Below, one piece after another: positions 50,376 through 63,500 of a DNA stretch of 64,000 bases. The notes under the pieces are model-generated. The model ran no database searches, had not been told where the DNA came from, and was given only the letters and a program-made list of their open reading frames with translations. This stretch comes from Felis catus (taxonomy: Eukaryota): positions 29,638,001-29,702,000 of the forward strand of contig NC_058383.1 in the NCBI RefSeq assembly GCF_018350175.1, written 5' to 3'. The translations under genes were made by a program, and so were the position numbers. Each line of letters begins with the position of its first letter. Position 1 is the first letter of the stretch.

Positions 50376-50919
50376 CTAACAGCTTTTATTTCTGTTTCAC
50401 TCAGGACTTAATGAAGACAACTTCAAAATTAGCTGAGAAAGAATGAGTCTACCCGACGGAATGAGAACTTGATAGTTTGCTGTAGAATTAGTTCAAGTCA
50501 AATATTTACAGTAATCATGAAAGAAGGTACAGAGGGATTACCAAAACAGTCCAACATAGCTACGAGAATACAGTTCACTTTCGTTGGCTTGGAGTTTGCT
50601 CTCCTTGGGTCTAACACGTTCTGCTGATCTCATTTGTGCTTCTGTCACTGTTCTTGGGCTTCCGGGTCTGTACTGGGGTGGTGCTGGGGGATTCTTTGTT
50701 TCTGGACCTTCATTCTTAGTCTCTGAATTAACGGTTTGTCAGAGTTCTGATTTTAATGACAAGGACTTTGCCCGTTGTGTTTCCAGAGGCCTGGCTTCCC
50801 TCCAATTCATTTTGCGAAGTGCCTACTGTCTTTGCCCACGAAAGTTTACAGGTTTTGGTTTTGTTCACCTCTACAGCTCTTAGTCTCATGCCTATCTTGG
50901 GACTTGCTCTTCTGCAAAT

Positions 50920-51630
50920 TTTTACTGGCAAAATGTTTAATTACTCTCATAAGGCTAGAGAGTAAAATGCACAACTTTTTAAGGGTAGTTTCATGCGTGT
51001 GGCAAATGTTTACAGCTGTATCATCCAACCCCCTATCAAGATATAGAGCACTGTCATCACCCCACAAAGATCCCTGGTGCCCATTTCTGGTCAATCTCCC
51101 TTCCCTTCAAAGGCAACTGACATTCTGCTTTCTATCTTTGCAGATTAGTTTACTATATTCTTGAACTTCTTTTGCTCAGTCTTACTTATGTCTGTGAGAT
51201 CTGTCTTTGTTGTTTCCTGGATTAGAATTCCTTCTATTAGTCAGCAGTGTTCTATTGTATGAATATCCTGTGGTTTGTTTATCCATTCTTGTATCGATGA
51301 ACAAGTGGGCTATTTCCAGTTTTCAACTCTTATGAACAAAGCTGCAATTAACGTTCTTTTACAAGACTTTTCACGGACATATGGTTTCATTTACTTTCGT
51401 GGAAATAGAAGTGGAATTGTTGAATCACAAAGTAAGTGAACATTTACAGGAATTGCCAAGCTGTTTTCCAGAGTGACTATCCCCTTTTGCATAGCCACAA
51501 GATCCAGTTGCTTGGAATCCTCACCAGCTCTTAGTGTGGTCAGTCCCTTTAATTTTAGTCCTTCTAGTGGATGATGACTAAGGATGTTGACCATCTTTTT
51601 ATGTGCCTTGCATTTATAGCTAATTAACAT
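50920..51630 (-). mobile_element. Old L1 (L1MB/ME-type) 3' fragment
   Basis: ATCAAGATATAGAGCA..TTTGTTTATCCATTC..TTGCCAAGCTGTTTTCCAGAGTG. Confidence 0.8.
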
Positions 51631-51749
51631 TTATCCAATTGATGGGAAGAGTAATTTCCCAGTTGGGTACTAAACTGAACATTTTCCCCCATGAATTCAG
51701 ATAATGGGTGTCACCCCCCATTCCCTGTGTAACTCCACTAAATGCCCTT

Positions 51750-52606
51750 TGATGGTTCATTTTATGTGTCAACATGACAGGGCCATAGACTTCCCAGATG
51801 ACTGGTCAAACATCATTCTGGGTGTGTCTCTGAGGGTTTTTTTTTTAATTATTTTTTTTAATGTTTATTTATTTTTGAGAGAGAGACAGAGAGAGAGAGA
51901 GAGACAGAGACAGATACAGAGACAGAGCACAAGCAGGGGAGGGGCAGAGAGAGAGTGAGACGCAGAATCTGAAGCAGGCTCCAGGCTCTGAGCTGGCAAC
52001 ACAGAGCCCGATGCCGGGCTCGAACTCCCAAACTGTGAGATCCTGATCTGAGCCAAAGTTGACACTTAACCAACCGAGCCACCCAGGCACCCCTCTGAGG
52101 GTATTTTTTTTAATGAGATTAACATTTAAATCATTACATTTAAATCAGTAACATTAAACATTAACATTTAAATCAGTAGACAGAGTATAGCATGGTGCCC
52201 TCCCTAATGTGGATGGGCCTCATCCAAACAGTTGGAGGCCTGAATAGAGCAACAGGTCTGACTCACCCCTGAGTAAAAAGCAACTCCTCCCGCCGGACTG
52301 CCTTTAAGCTGGAATATTGGTTGTTTCCGGCTCTGACCATTGCACTGAAACACTGGCTCTTCTTGGGTCCTGAGCCTGGTAGTTTCTGGACTGGATTTTA
52401 TACCTTCAGCTCTCCTGGTTTTCCAGCCCGCCAAATGCAGACTTGTTAGCCTCTCTAACCACATGAGACCATTCCTTCTAACAGACCTATTTATCTGTAT
52501 CCATCCATCCACCTACCATCCTGTCTATCTATCATCGTTGTATGTATGTATGTATGTATCAATCACTGTCTCTTGGTTCTGTTTCTCTAGAGAACCATGA
52601 CTAATA
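51750..52606 (+). mobile_element. MLT2 LTR split by a minus-strand CanSINE (51838-52092)
   Basis: TGATGGTTCATTTTATGTGTCAAC..GGTTCTGTTTCTCTAGAGAACC..ACTAATA; SINE TSD CTCTGAGGGT at 51828-51837 and 52093-52102. Confidence 0.9.
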
Positions 52607-53462
52607 TGCCCTTTCCCTTTGCACCATTTTCTTCCAAAGTGCCCCATTTCAACTCTGTTTCGGCATAAGCATTTACACATAGTCCTGTGCTGGCTTCATT
52701 AAATAGGCCACAAACATATGCTCAATGCTTCCATCTACCAGCTTTGGGACTACAATTAAAATCCTTGCAGAAAATGATACCCCAAGTTATCTTTAAGGGA
52801 TTCAACACAGCCACATTCAGAAATGCTGGCCTCCTGTGAGCACCGCAGGAAAGAGAACCACCCGGTGGTGGGGTTCCAGGCTCTTGGGCTGTTGTTCTTG
52901 AACCATGTTTTCCAACCGGAAGATATGATCAGGCAACACAAAAATGGAACAGTTCCTGCTCTCCTAATAGCAGAGCGACTAATAGAATAACTAGGAGGAT
53001 AATAAATCTCCTTGGAAGGAGGATGGTTAAGGATGCTGATGTAGATGCTGAGGCTCTGAAAGAGACGTCTGTCTCCTCACCACAGGATGGACACAAACCC
53101 ATTCTTTCATGATGTGAACTCAAGCACAGTCTTCTGGAAAGCTGAATGCGAATTAATCAAGAGCCTGCCTGTGACTTTGCTGAGACTACAGGACGTGTTT
53201 CTCGCTTTCTCTCTCTCTTAAAACAATCTACTTATTTCCTTTGTCTGCTTCTTTGTCTTCTCACCTACTCATTTATTTATCTACTCTATATGATATTTAT
53301 ATATTATTTATTTGCCTCCTAGATATGTCATTAATTAATTAATTTATTTAAAAGGTATGAACAGAACGAGTTACTTCCCCAAGTGAGAGCAAGGTATAAC
53401 CTCTCTTTTAATTTTCAATTAAAATTGTTACTTAATTACACTTTTTAAAATGTATTAATTTT

Positions 53463-53678
53463 GGGAGCGCCTGGGTGGCTCAGTCGGTTGAGCGTCCGAC
53501 TTCGGCTGGGGTCATGATCTCGCGGTCTGTGAGTTCGAGCCCCACATCGGGCTCTGTGCTGCCAGCTTAGAGCCTGGAGCCTGCTTCGGATTCTGTCTCC
53601 CTCTCTCTCTCTCTGCCCCTCCCCCACTCATGCTCTGTCTCTGTCTCTGTCTCTCTGTCAAAAATAAACATTAAAAAA
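53463..53678 (+). mobile_element. CanSINE
   Basis: TSD AAAATGTATTAATTTT on both sides. Confidence 0.95.
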
Positions 53679-53721
53679 TGTATTAATTTTCAATTTAATT
53701 GTAATTAAAATGTATTATTTT

Positions 53722-53922
53722 ATTTCTTTATTTTTAAAGATTATTTATGGAGAGAGAGAGAGAGAGCAGGGGGAGGGGCAGAGGGAGAGGGAGAAAGAGA
53801 ATCCCAAGCAGGCTCTGTGCTGTCAGTGCAGAGCTGGACCTGGGGCTCCAACCCACAAACCCTGAGATCATGACCTGACCTGAAGTCGGACACTTAACTG
53901 ACTGAGCCACCCAGGTGCCCCC
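53722..53922 (-). mobile_element. CanSINE
   Basis: T tail, (GA)n, reverse head. Confidence 0.93.
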
Positions 53923-54709
53923 AAAATTGATTTTTTTTAAATTAACCACTCCTTATACTCAGATTAACAACAGGTCCAGGATCTTCCCTCTTGAGACCTG
54001 CAACCTTTCACCAGATTCTTCATGAACTCCAGGGGGAGGCTCCTTGGCTCAAAAGGGGCTATGTGGGTTTCCAAATACAGGTAAAGGGAGAATTAGTGAT
54101 TTGGGAGCTAGCCCACCCAGCTTGGTGCATCTTTTGGTCACTGCTGGGGGTCCCCTGGACCTGGAGCATGGGCTCCCACCGCCTCACCCCTCCAGTCTTT
54201 CCTCAGCTCAGGGGTCACTTCCAGGGTTGGGCTCACACCGGTCTTTAACCGCTTACCTCCAGGGGGCGGTGTTGAGGCCCTGGTTCAGAGGCCCTTAGGG
54301 TGAGCATCCCATTTGCTGCTTGTGGTATCTGTTTCACAATCTGAGTGCACTCTGGAGATTCTGGTAGTATTCATCCTCATCATTACAGGAGAAGGTCACA
54401 TCCTTCTCTTCCCCAAACACCCATGGTCCCCTTGAGAATTTTGCCCACACTCTCCTCAGCTTCAGGGTTGAGGGGATTAGAAGGGGCAGCACTTGCCTGG
54501 CCACAGGGGTCTCATTACTCCTCCCTACAGGATAGTGGGTACCCCTGAACCTGAAACCTGTCCACCTAGGAGTTCAGGGAATCTTCTCTAAGAATGATCC
54601 TGGGACTGCCTGGCCAGAATAACTGCCTACGACTGTCCTACCATATCATCTTGAGAAACAAGTCACCAGGCACTTGGCTATGAGAGCAATTTGTTGATCG
54701 TAGGAGATT

Positions 54710-55080
54710 TACAAAAGACCATGGAGGACGGGAAGGGGAAAAAATAGTTTCGAATGGAGAGGGAGGCAAACCCATAAGAGACTCTTCTTTTTTTTCCTCC
54801 TTTATTTTTTATTTTTAATTTTTTAATTTTTTGAGACTCTTAAATACAGAGAACAAACTGAGGGTGGATGGGAGTGAGGGCGGGGGAGAGGGGAAAATGG
54901 GGGATGGGCATTGAGGAGGGCTCTTGTTGGGATGAGCACTGGGTGTTGTATGGAAGCGATGAATCACGGGAATCTACCCCAAAACCAAGAGCACACTGTG
55001 TATACTGCATGTTAGCCAACTTGACAATAAATTATATTAAAAAAATTTTAAAAATCTATTTAAAAATTAAAAAAGAAAGA
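54710..55080 (+). mobile_element. Carnivore L1 3'UTR fragment
   Basis: CATAAGAGACTCTT..AGAGAACAAACTGAGGG..GGGATGAGCACTGGGTGTTGTATGGAA..AATAAATTATATT + A tail. Confidence 0.9.
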
Positions 55081-55109
55081 AATACAGATAGATAGAGAAA
55101 GTGAAGTCA

Positions 55110-55560
55110 CTCATTCACCCATTACTTCACCCTTGAGAATTCCTGGTGCTGTCCTGGGCACGGGGTATATAGAAACGGCAAAAATCCTTGTCCTCAAGCA
55201 TCTTGCTTTCTAAGTGGGGTGGGGGAAGGTGGGTGACAAACAAATAACTAACGCATGTTACCTGTTAAATAATGATCATTAGAAAGAAAATGTAAAGTCA
55301 GGAAGAGGGATGTGAGGAATGTATGTATGTGGGAGGGGGTATTGGGGGTAAGTTGACATCTTGGATGGAACGTCTCTTGAGCAAGGTGATTTCTGAGAAA
55401 ATCTCTGGAGAAGGTGAGGGTGAAGAGCAGTCCACACGGAAGGAACAGCCAGCACAAAACTCAGAGTCCACAGCGCACCTGGCTTGTTCTAGGAACTGTG
55501 AGCAAGCCCACCAGGGCGAGTAGAGAGAATGAAGGAATGAAGGACGAGATGGGACAGATA
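55110..55560 (-). mobile_element. L2 fragment
   Basis: CACTCATTCACCC..AAAAATCCTTGTCCTCAAG..GGAAGGAACAGC..GGCTTGTTCTAGGAAC. Confidence 0.6.
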
Positions 55561-56175
55561 CAGGGGATGAACGCAGAAGGTCATGAAGCCACCACCATAA
55601 GTGAGGTCCCTTCCTTGCTGTTCAGCATGTTCCACAACAGGGTTCCTGACGGCTGGCTTCTTACTGACTGCCATTTTATGTAGCCCCCCACCCACTTCTG
55701 GACTTTCCATTTGTTTCTGGTTTTCCCACATGATCACCAGCAAGCCCGTGTTGTAGTTTTCACTTACGGAGTGTTATGCTCCAAGGAAGGACAGCAGATG
55801 GCACGAAATGGGGGCCCAGCGTCCGCCCATATCTGCAGATGGGGTGAATTGTTGAGTCACTGTTCTTAACTCCCATTCCATTTGGGTTTGTGAAGGCCCA
55901 GTGCTGCTGTCCTGCAGGGCTGGGAATGGCAGTCTTTTGGGTCCTGAGCAAAATGACTGGGCTGATGGAATGCCTGCTAAATTGACAAGACAGAGTCAGA
56001 AGAGAGAGAGGAAGAGCTAGAAAAGCCAAGAACAGACAGACATATGAGAGGAGGCCTGCAAGGGGAGACCTGGAAATTTTTATAAAACGAATGGTATTTT
56101 TGTTGTTCTGATTTAAAAGTAAAGCATGCACGTTAAAGAAAATTTGGAAATTTCACAAAAGCGTAAATATATTTA

Positions 56176-56372
56176 ATTTTTAAAAATTGTTTATTTTTGA
56201 GGGAGCCTGAGTGGGGGAGGGGCGGGGGGGGAGCGGACTGAGGATCCAAAGAGGGCTATGCGCTGACAGCAGCAAGCCCAGTGTGGGGCTCGAACTCATG
56301 AACTGAGAGATCATGACCTGAGCCAAAAACAAGAGTTGGACGTTTAACCAACTGAGCCACCAGGTGCCCCCC
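56176..56372 (-). mobile_element. CanSINE within old L1ME-like fragments
   Basis: T tail, reverse head AACCAACTGAGCCACCAGGTGCCCC. Confidence 0.9.
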
Positions 56373-57402
56373 AAAGGGCAAATATTTAAGTTGAAGCCAC
56401 ACAACCCCATTTTTAGAGGTAGCGATGCCACATTTTGTGGCTTTCCATCGAGATAATGATGTGATTTTAGGTATACGCAGTTTTGGGTTTTGCTTCCTGT
56501 CATTTAAAATTTTGTCCAGAACCTTGACCCACAACTGGAACATTAAAAGCTGTGAGTGTTAATCGTTATATAATATTTGACCAGTGTTGTATTTAACGAA
56601 CCAGTTAACGAGCCAGCATTGTAATGAATGCTATCATTTCCTTACTGCTGAACGTTTTGGTGGCTGTAACTATTGCACTGTTACAAATAATGCAGCCATG
56701 AGACCCTTCGTCAAGCATCTCTGACTGTATTTCTGAATATTTCATCAGGATCAATTCCTAGGAATGAGGCAACTGGGCCAGGTGATGAATTTTTCCTTTT
56801 CAAATGCCCGAAACCTTGGAAGGAAGTGATTGACAACTTTGTGCAAGGATACTTGATTTGTTGAATTGATCACGACCAGATGACTGGCTGTTCAAATCTT
56901 GATTCTACAGTTTTGGCATTACTGTCCAGGTGGTGGCATTTCCTCAGATTGCAATAAAAATATTTTAGAGGGGGCACAGGGTGACTTGCATTACATGTTA
57001 GACTTACTTTTGTTTTTTCCCCCAGAAAATCCAACTTGGGGCTAAAAGACATACAAATAGAATCAATGTAAAAAAAATATAAAAGAAATTTAAATACACT
57101 GTGTGGATCTTAATTAATTCTATCGGATCAGAAAACGTCTTTTAAGATGTATTCCATTTATTATACAAATAGAAATTTGAATGGTGACTGAATTCTGAGA
57201 ATACTGTGATGTTACTTTTGACCTTTTAGGTACAATGTGAAAAGGTGAGTCCTTATCTTCTAGAAGTGTCTTTGTAAGTACTGAGGATGAAATGATTCGA
57301 TGTCTGGGATTTTCTTCCAAGTAATGTGTGGGGGCAGTTAATCAGACAGAACTGGCTGTGGGTTGATGGCTGTTGGGGCTGCTGGTGGGTCTTCATTTAT
57401 AT

Positions 57403-57615
57403 CAAAAGTCAGCAAACTCTGGCCCAAGGGCCAAATCTAGCCCACAGCCTGCTTCTGTAAATTAAGTTTTATTGGAAAACAGCCATGCCCATTTGTTTGC
57501 ACATTTTCTCGGCTGATTGTGGTTGAGTTGAGTTGCTGCAACAGAGACAATCTGGCTGGCGAAGCCTGAAATATATTCTCTCCGCCCCTTAACAGAAAGC
57601 GTTTGTGGACCCCTG
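57403..57615 (+). mobile_element. MER58A-like MITE
   Basis: GTCAGCAAACT..GGGCCAAATCTAGCCCAC..GTTTTATTGGAA..GACCCCTG. Confidence 0.85.
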
Positions 57616-59424
57616 ACTTATTTTATCCTGCCAATGTCTGTTTATGCTTAAAATAATACATAATAAAACGCTTAAAATACAACTAGTGTAGAAGAGCCAA
57701 GATGGTGGAACAGGATGGAAGTTTTTATTGCCTCTCGCATCCATGAAATACAACCAGACCAACACTAAGCCATCCTGCACACCTAAAACACTGATTTGAG
57801 GATTAACACGACAATCTGCACAACCCGAACCACAGAACTCAGCAGGCACTCGGGGCGGAGAGGTGAACTGGGGGAGAGAGAAGCCCCGGAGGGCAAGGAG
57901 TTGCTTTTGCTGGTGGAGAGAGGATGGAGACAGGGCGGGCGAGGGGGTGGGAGGGGGGAGGGGTAGAGTTCAGGAAAAGCACCCCCACCCAAAGCAGCTG
58001 GAGACAAAGTGGAAAAGTGGAAACAGCCACAGGGACTGAACTAAAAGGGAGAAAGGAGAAAGGAGAGGGTTGAAATCCCATTAAGACTGTAGAAACAGGG
58101 GAGGGCAGAGTCTGAAACTCCGCAGCTCACTACCTGGCGGTGTTCGGGTGGGAAGGGCAGATCCCCAGGAGACAGTGAAGGCCAGTTATCCTCAGGCCAC
58201 GGGAGAAGAGGCGGTTCCCCTGCTGGGAGGACATCTGGTGGAGGCTGTGTGGCCACCCGGTCCCAGCAGACCCCAGAGAACAACCACATTTGCTGGTGGT
58301 GGAACAAGGTCGTTAAGGGTGAAGACTGCGGCCAGATGCATGTTGGGATTTTCCATGATCCCTGAAATGCCCCTGCTACACGATCGATCGCGTGAACTTT
58401 TCTGGGGCAGGCTGGAACCCAGCCGTGGTCTCTGGGCGTCAGCAGCAGCAGTGGTCACGCGACCATTCCTGGGTGCGGCGGCACTGGCCTTTGCTCGGGG
58501 AGACCCTCCTGCAGAGGATCAGAGCCGGTCCGCGCCGCAGTCCCTCTGAAGGGAGGGGTCGAGAAACACAGCCGCGTCAGAGATAAAACTCAGGAGGGTG
58601 GTGGCGCCTGGTAACCTGACAGCTTGGTCAGGGACAGCATAGAAGCAGGGAGCGGAGGAAGCCTGAGACAAAGGATGGGTGCACGATTGCTGGTCAGGGA
58701 GAGCACAGAGTTTGGACGCTAGAGACTGGGCAGCTAGGTCACGGCCATTTTCACCGCTCCCGCGCATGCGCGTACACACCAGCAAGCACCACAAGAGACC
58801 CCTCCAGGAAGCTGAGCAGCGCCATCTAGTGGAGAACGAAGTCATTACCCTAAGCCCCGCCCAACTGGGCCAAGCTTGCTCTTCAGGAACACAAGTCTCT
58901 CCGCCTGCTTAGTTTACGAACTATAAAGTGTTTCATAGTTTGATTGCTAGAGGAAAAGGAGGTAATTTCAATTGTATTTCAGTCTGTTTACAGTCCATCT
59001 GTTCAATTTTCTTTTTTCTTCTCTTTTTCGTTTTTCTTTTTTTGAATACAGAAAGAGAAAAAAAATTATTTTTATTTTCAATTTTTATTACAAATATTTT
59101 TCATTAACTTTTTTCTACTATATTTTTTACTTTTGTGTAAATTTTTTCAAATTCTATTTTTCTTCCATCATTTCATTTTATTCTACTTCAGTGTATTCAT
59201 TGTTTCAATTTTTCAAATAATTTCCTTTTTTTTTCTTTCCCCTTTTTTTCAATAATCGATCAAGCCCCTTTCAACACGCAGACCAAAACACACCTAGGAT
59301 CTAGCATCATTAACTTGATTTGTGTGTGTATGTGTGTGTTGTTTAAAATTTTTTAATTTTCATTTTTGAAATTTTCATTTTTTTACCTCATTAATTCTTT
59401 TTCTCCCTTAAAAATGATAAGATG

Positions 59425-59645
59425 GGGGCGCGTGGGTGGCGCAGTCGGTAAGCGCCTGACTTCAGCCAGGTCACGATCTCGCGGTCCGTGAGTTCGAGCC
59501 CCGCGTCGGGCTCTGGGCTGATGATTCAGAGCCTGGAGCCTGTTTCCGATTCTGTGTCTCCCTCTCTCTTTGCCCCTCCCCCGTTCATGCTCTGTCTCTC
59601 TCTGTCCCAAAAATAAATAAACGTTGAAAAAAAAATTAAAAAAAA
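59425..59645 (+). mobile_element. Young CanSINE at the ORF1 start of L1 #2
   Basis: TSD AAAAATGAT(A/G)AGATG at 59410-59424 and 59642-59656. Confidence 0.95.
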
Positions 59646-60521
59646 ATGATGAGATGAAGGCATTCACACCAAAAGAAAGAGCAGGAAGAAACGACAGCCC
59701 AGGACTTAACCAACACAGATACAAGCAAGATGTCTAAACCAGAATTTAGAATCACGATAATAAGAATACTATCTGGAGTTGAAAATAGATTAGAATCCCT
59801 CTCTGCAGAGATAAAGAAGTAAAAACTAGTCAGAAGGAAATAAAAAATGCTGTAAGTGAGCTTCAATCTCAAATAGATGTCACGGTAGCAAGGATGGATG
59901 ATGCAGACCAGAGAAGAGAAATGATAAGAGGACAAACTTATGGAGAATAATGAAGCAGAAAAAAAGAGGGAGACTAAGGTGAAAGAGCACGATTTAAGAA
60001 TTAGAGAAATCAGTACTCATTAAAATGGAACATCAGAATCATAGGGGTCCGAAAAGATGAAGACAGAGAAAAAGGGGCAGAAAGGTTATGTGAGGAAATC
60101 ATAGCGGAAAACATTCCTAACCTGGGGAAAGACACAGACATCAAAATCCAGGAAGCATAGAGGACTCCCATTGGATTCAACAAAAACTGACCATCAACAA
60201 GGCATATCATAGTCAAATTCACAAAACATTCAGGCAAGGAAAGAATCATGAAAGCAGCGAGGGAAAAAAAAGTCTTTAACCTACAAGGGAAGACAGATCA
60301 GGTTTGCAGCAGACCTATCCACCAAAACTTGGCAGGCCAGAAATGAGTGGCAGGATACATTCAATCTGCTGAATCAGAAAAATATGTAGCCAAGAATTCT
60401 TTCTCCAGGAAGGCTGTTCAATTCAAAATAGGAGAGATTAAAAGTTTCCCAGAAAAAAAAAATTAAAGGAGTTGTGACCACTAAACTAGCCCTGCAAGAA
60501 ATTTTAAGGGGGACTCTCTGA
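59646..60521 (+). pseudogene. L1 ORF1p, disrupted
   Basis: Collinear with 18127-19003; stops and frameshifts. Confidence 0.93.
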
Positions 60522-60593
60522 GGGGGTGAAAGCAACAAAGACTAGAAAGGACCAGAGACCACCACCAGAAACTCCAACTCTACAAGCAACATA

Positions 60594-63500
60594 ATGGCAA
60601 TAAACTCTTATCTTTCAATACTCACTCTGAACGTCAGTGGACTAAAGGCTCCAATCAAAAGACATAGGGTAACAGAATGGGTAAGAAAACAAGATCCATC
60701 TATGTGCTGTTTACAAGAGACCCACTTTAGACCAAGAGACACCTTCAGATTGAAAGTAAGGGGATTCAGAACCATCTATCATGCTAATGGTCAACAAAAG
60801 AAAGCCCGAGTAGCCATACTTATAGCTGACAATCTAGACTTTAAAACAAAGACTGTAACAAGAGATGAGGAAGGGCATTATATCATAATTACGGGGTCTG
60901 TCCACCAAGAGGACCTAACAATTATAAACATTTATGCTCCAAATGTGGTACACCCAAATATATAAATCAATTAATCACAAACATAAAGAAACCCATTGAT
61001 AATAATACCATAATAGTAGGGGACTTCAATACCCCACTTACAGCAATGGGTGTATCATCTAATCAGGAAATCAACAAGGAAACAATGGTTTTGAATGACA
61101 CACTGGACCAGATGGACTTAACAGATATATTCAGAACATTTCATCCTAAAGCAGTGAAATACACATTCTTCTCCAGTGCACATGGAATGTTCTCCAGAAT
61201 AGACCACATACTGGGACACAAAGCAGCCCTCAAGAAGTACAAAAAAATCGATTTCATACAGTGCATCTTTTCAGACCACAATGCTATGAAACTCAAAATC
61301 AACCACAAGATAAAATTTGGAAAGGTAATAAACACTTGGAGACTGAAGAATATCCTACTAAAGAATGAATGAGATAACCAGAAATTAAAGAGGAAATTAA
61401 AAAGTACATGGAAGCCAATGAAAATAACAACACCACATCCCCAAACATCAGGGACGCAGCAAAGGTTGTCATAAGAGGAAAGTATATAGCAATCCAGGCT
61501 TTTGTAAAGAGGGAAGAAAGATCTCAGATACACAACCTAACCTTACACCTTACAGAGCTGGAAAAAAGAACAGCAAATAGAACCCCAAATCAGCCGGAGA
61601 CAGGAAATAATAAAGATTAGAGCAGAAATCAATGCTATTGAAACCAAAAAACAAAAACAAAAACAAAAAAAAACAAAACAAAACAACAACAGTGGAACAG
61701 ATCAATGAAACCAGAAGCTGGTTCTTTGAAAGAATTAACAAAATTGATAAACCACTAGCCAGTTTGATCAGAAAGAAAAAGGAAATGACACAAGTAAATA
61801 AAATCAAGAATGAAAGAGGAGAGATCACAACCAACACAGCAGAAATAAAAAGAATAATAAGAGAATATTATGAGCAATTATACGCCAATAAAATGGGCAA
61901 TCTGGAAGAAAAGGAGAAATTCCTAGAAATGTATGCACTACCAAAACTGAAACAAGAAGAAATAGAAATTTGAACAGACCCATAACTAGTAAAGAAATCG
62001 AATTAGTAATCAAAAATCTCCCAAAAACCAAGAATCCGGGGCCAGATGGCTTTCCAGGGGAATTCTACCAAACATTAAAGGAAGAGTTAATACCTATTCT
62101 CTTGAAGCTGTTCCAAAACATAGAAATGGAAGGAAAACTTCCAAAGTCTTGCATGAAGGCAGCATTACCTTGATTCCAAAACCAGATAATGACCCCACTA
62201 AAAAGGAGAACTATAGACCAATTTCCCTGATGAACATGGATGCAAACATCCTCAACAAGATATCAGCCAATCGGATCCAACAATACATGAAAAAAATTAT
62301 TCACCACGACCAAGTGGGATTTATACCTGGGATGCAGGATTAGTTCAATATCTGCAAAACAATTAATGTGATTCATCACACCAGTGAGAGAAAGGACAAG
62401 AACCACATGATCCTCTCAATAGATGCAGAGAAAGCATTTGACAAAATACAGCATCCTTTCTTGATAAAAACCTTCAAGAAAGTAGGGATAGAAGGATCAC
62501 ACCCCAAGATCATAAAAGCCATATATGAAAGACCCAATGTTAATATCGTCTTCAGTGGGGAAAAACTGAGAGCTTTCCCCCTAAGGTCAGGAACAAGACA
62601 GCGATGTCCACTCTCACCACTGTTATTCAACACAGTATTGGAAATCTTAGCCTCAGCAATCAGACATCACAAAGACATAAAAGGCATCCAAATTGGCCAG
62701 GAGGAGGTCAAACTTTCGCTCTTTGCAGATGACATGATACTCTATATGGAAAACGGAAAAGATTCCACCAAAAAACTGCTAGAACTGATGCATGAATTCA
62801 GCAAAGTGGCAGGTTATAAAATCAATGCACAGAAATCAGTTGCATTCCTATACACCAACAATGATGCAAGAGAAAGAGAATCAAGGAATAGATCCCATTT
62901 ACAATTGCACCCCAAACCATAAAATACCTAGGAATAAATCTAACCAAAGAGGTGAAAAATGTATATACTGAAATCTATAGAAAGCTTATGAAAGAAATTG
63001 AAGAAGACACACAAAAAAGGAAAAATATTCCGTGCTCCTGGATAGGAAGAAAAAATATTGTTAAAATGTCAATACAACCCAAAACAATCTACATATTCAA
63101 GGCAATCCCTATCAAAATAACACCAGCATTCTTCCCAGAGCTAGAACAAACAATCCTAAAATTCGTAAGGAACTAGAAAGATCCCGAATAGTCAAAGCAA
63201 TCTTGAAAAAGAAAACCAAAGCTGGAGGCATCACAATCCCAGACTTCAACCTATATTACAAAGCTGTCATCATCAAGACAGTATGGTACTGGCACAAAAA
63301 CAGACACTCACATCAATGGAACAGAATAGAGAACCCAGAAATGGACCCACAAACGTATGGCCAACTCATCTTTGACAACGCAGGGAAGAACACCCAATGG
63401 AATAAAGATAGTCTCTTCAGCAAATGGTGCTGGAAAAACTGGACAGTGACCTGCAGAAAATGAACCTGTATCACTTTCTTACACCATACACAAAAATAAA

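Noticed and set aside
57931..57963. G-quadruplex-capable tract in the L1 #2 5'UTR (also ~9531-9566 and 44194-44213)
   Set aside because: Simple G-run variation inside repeats; no evidence of function.
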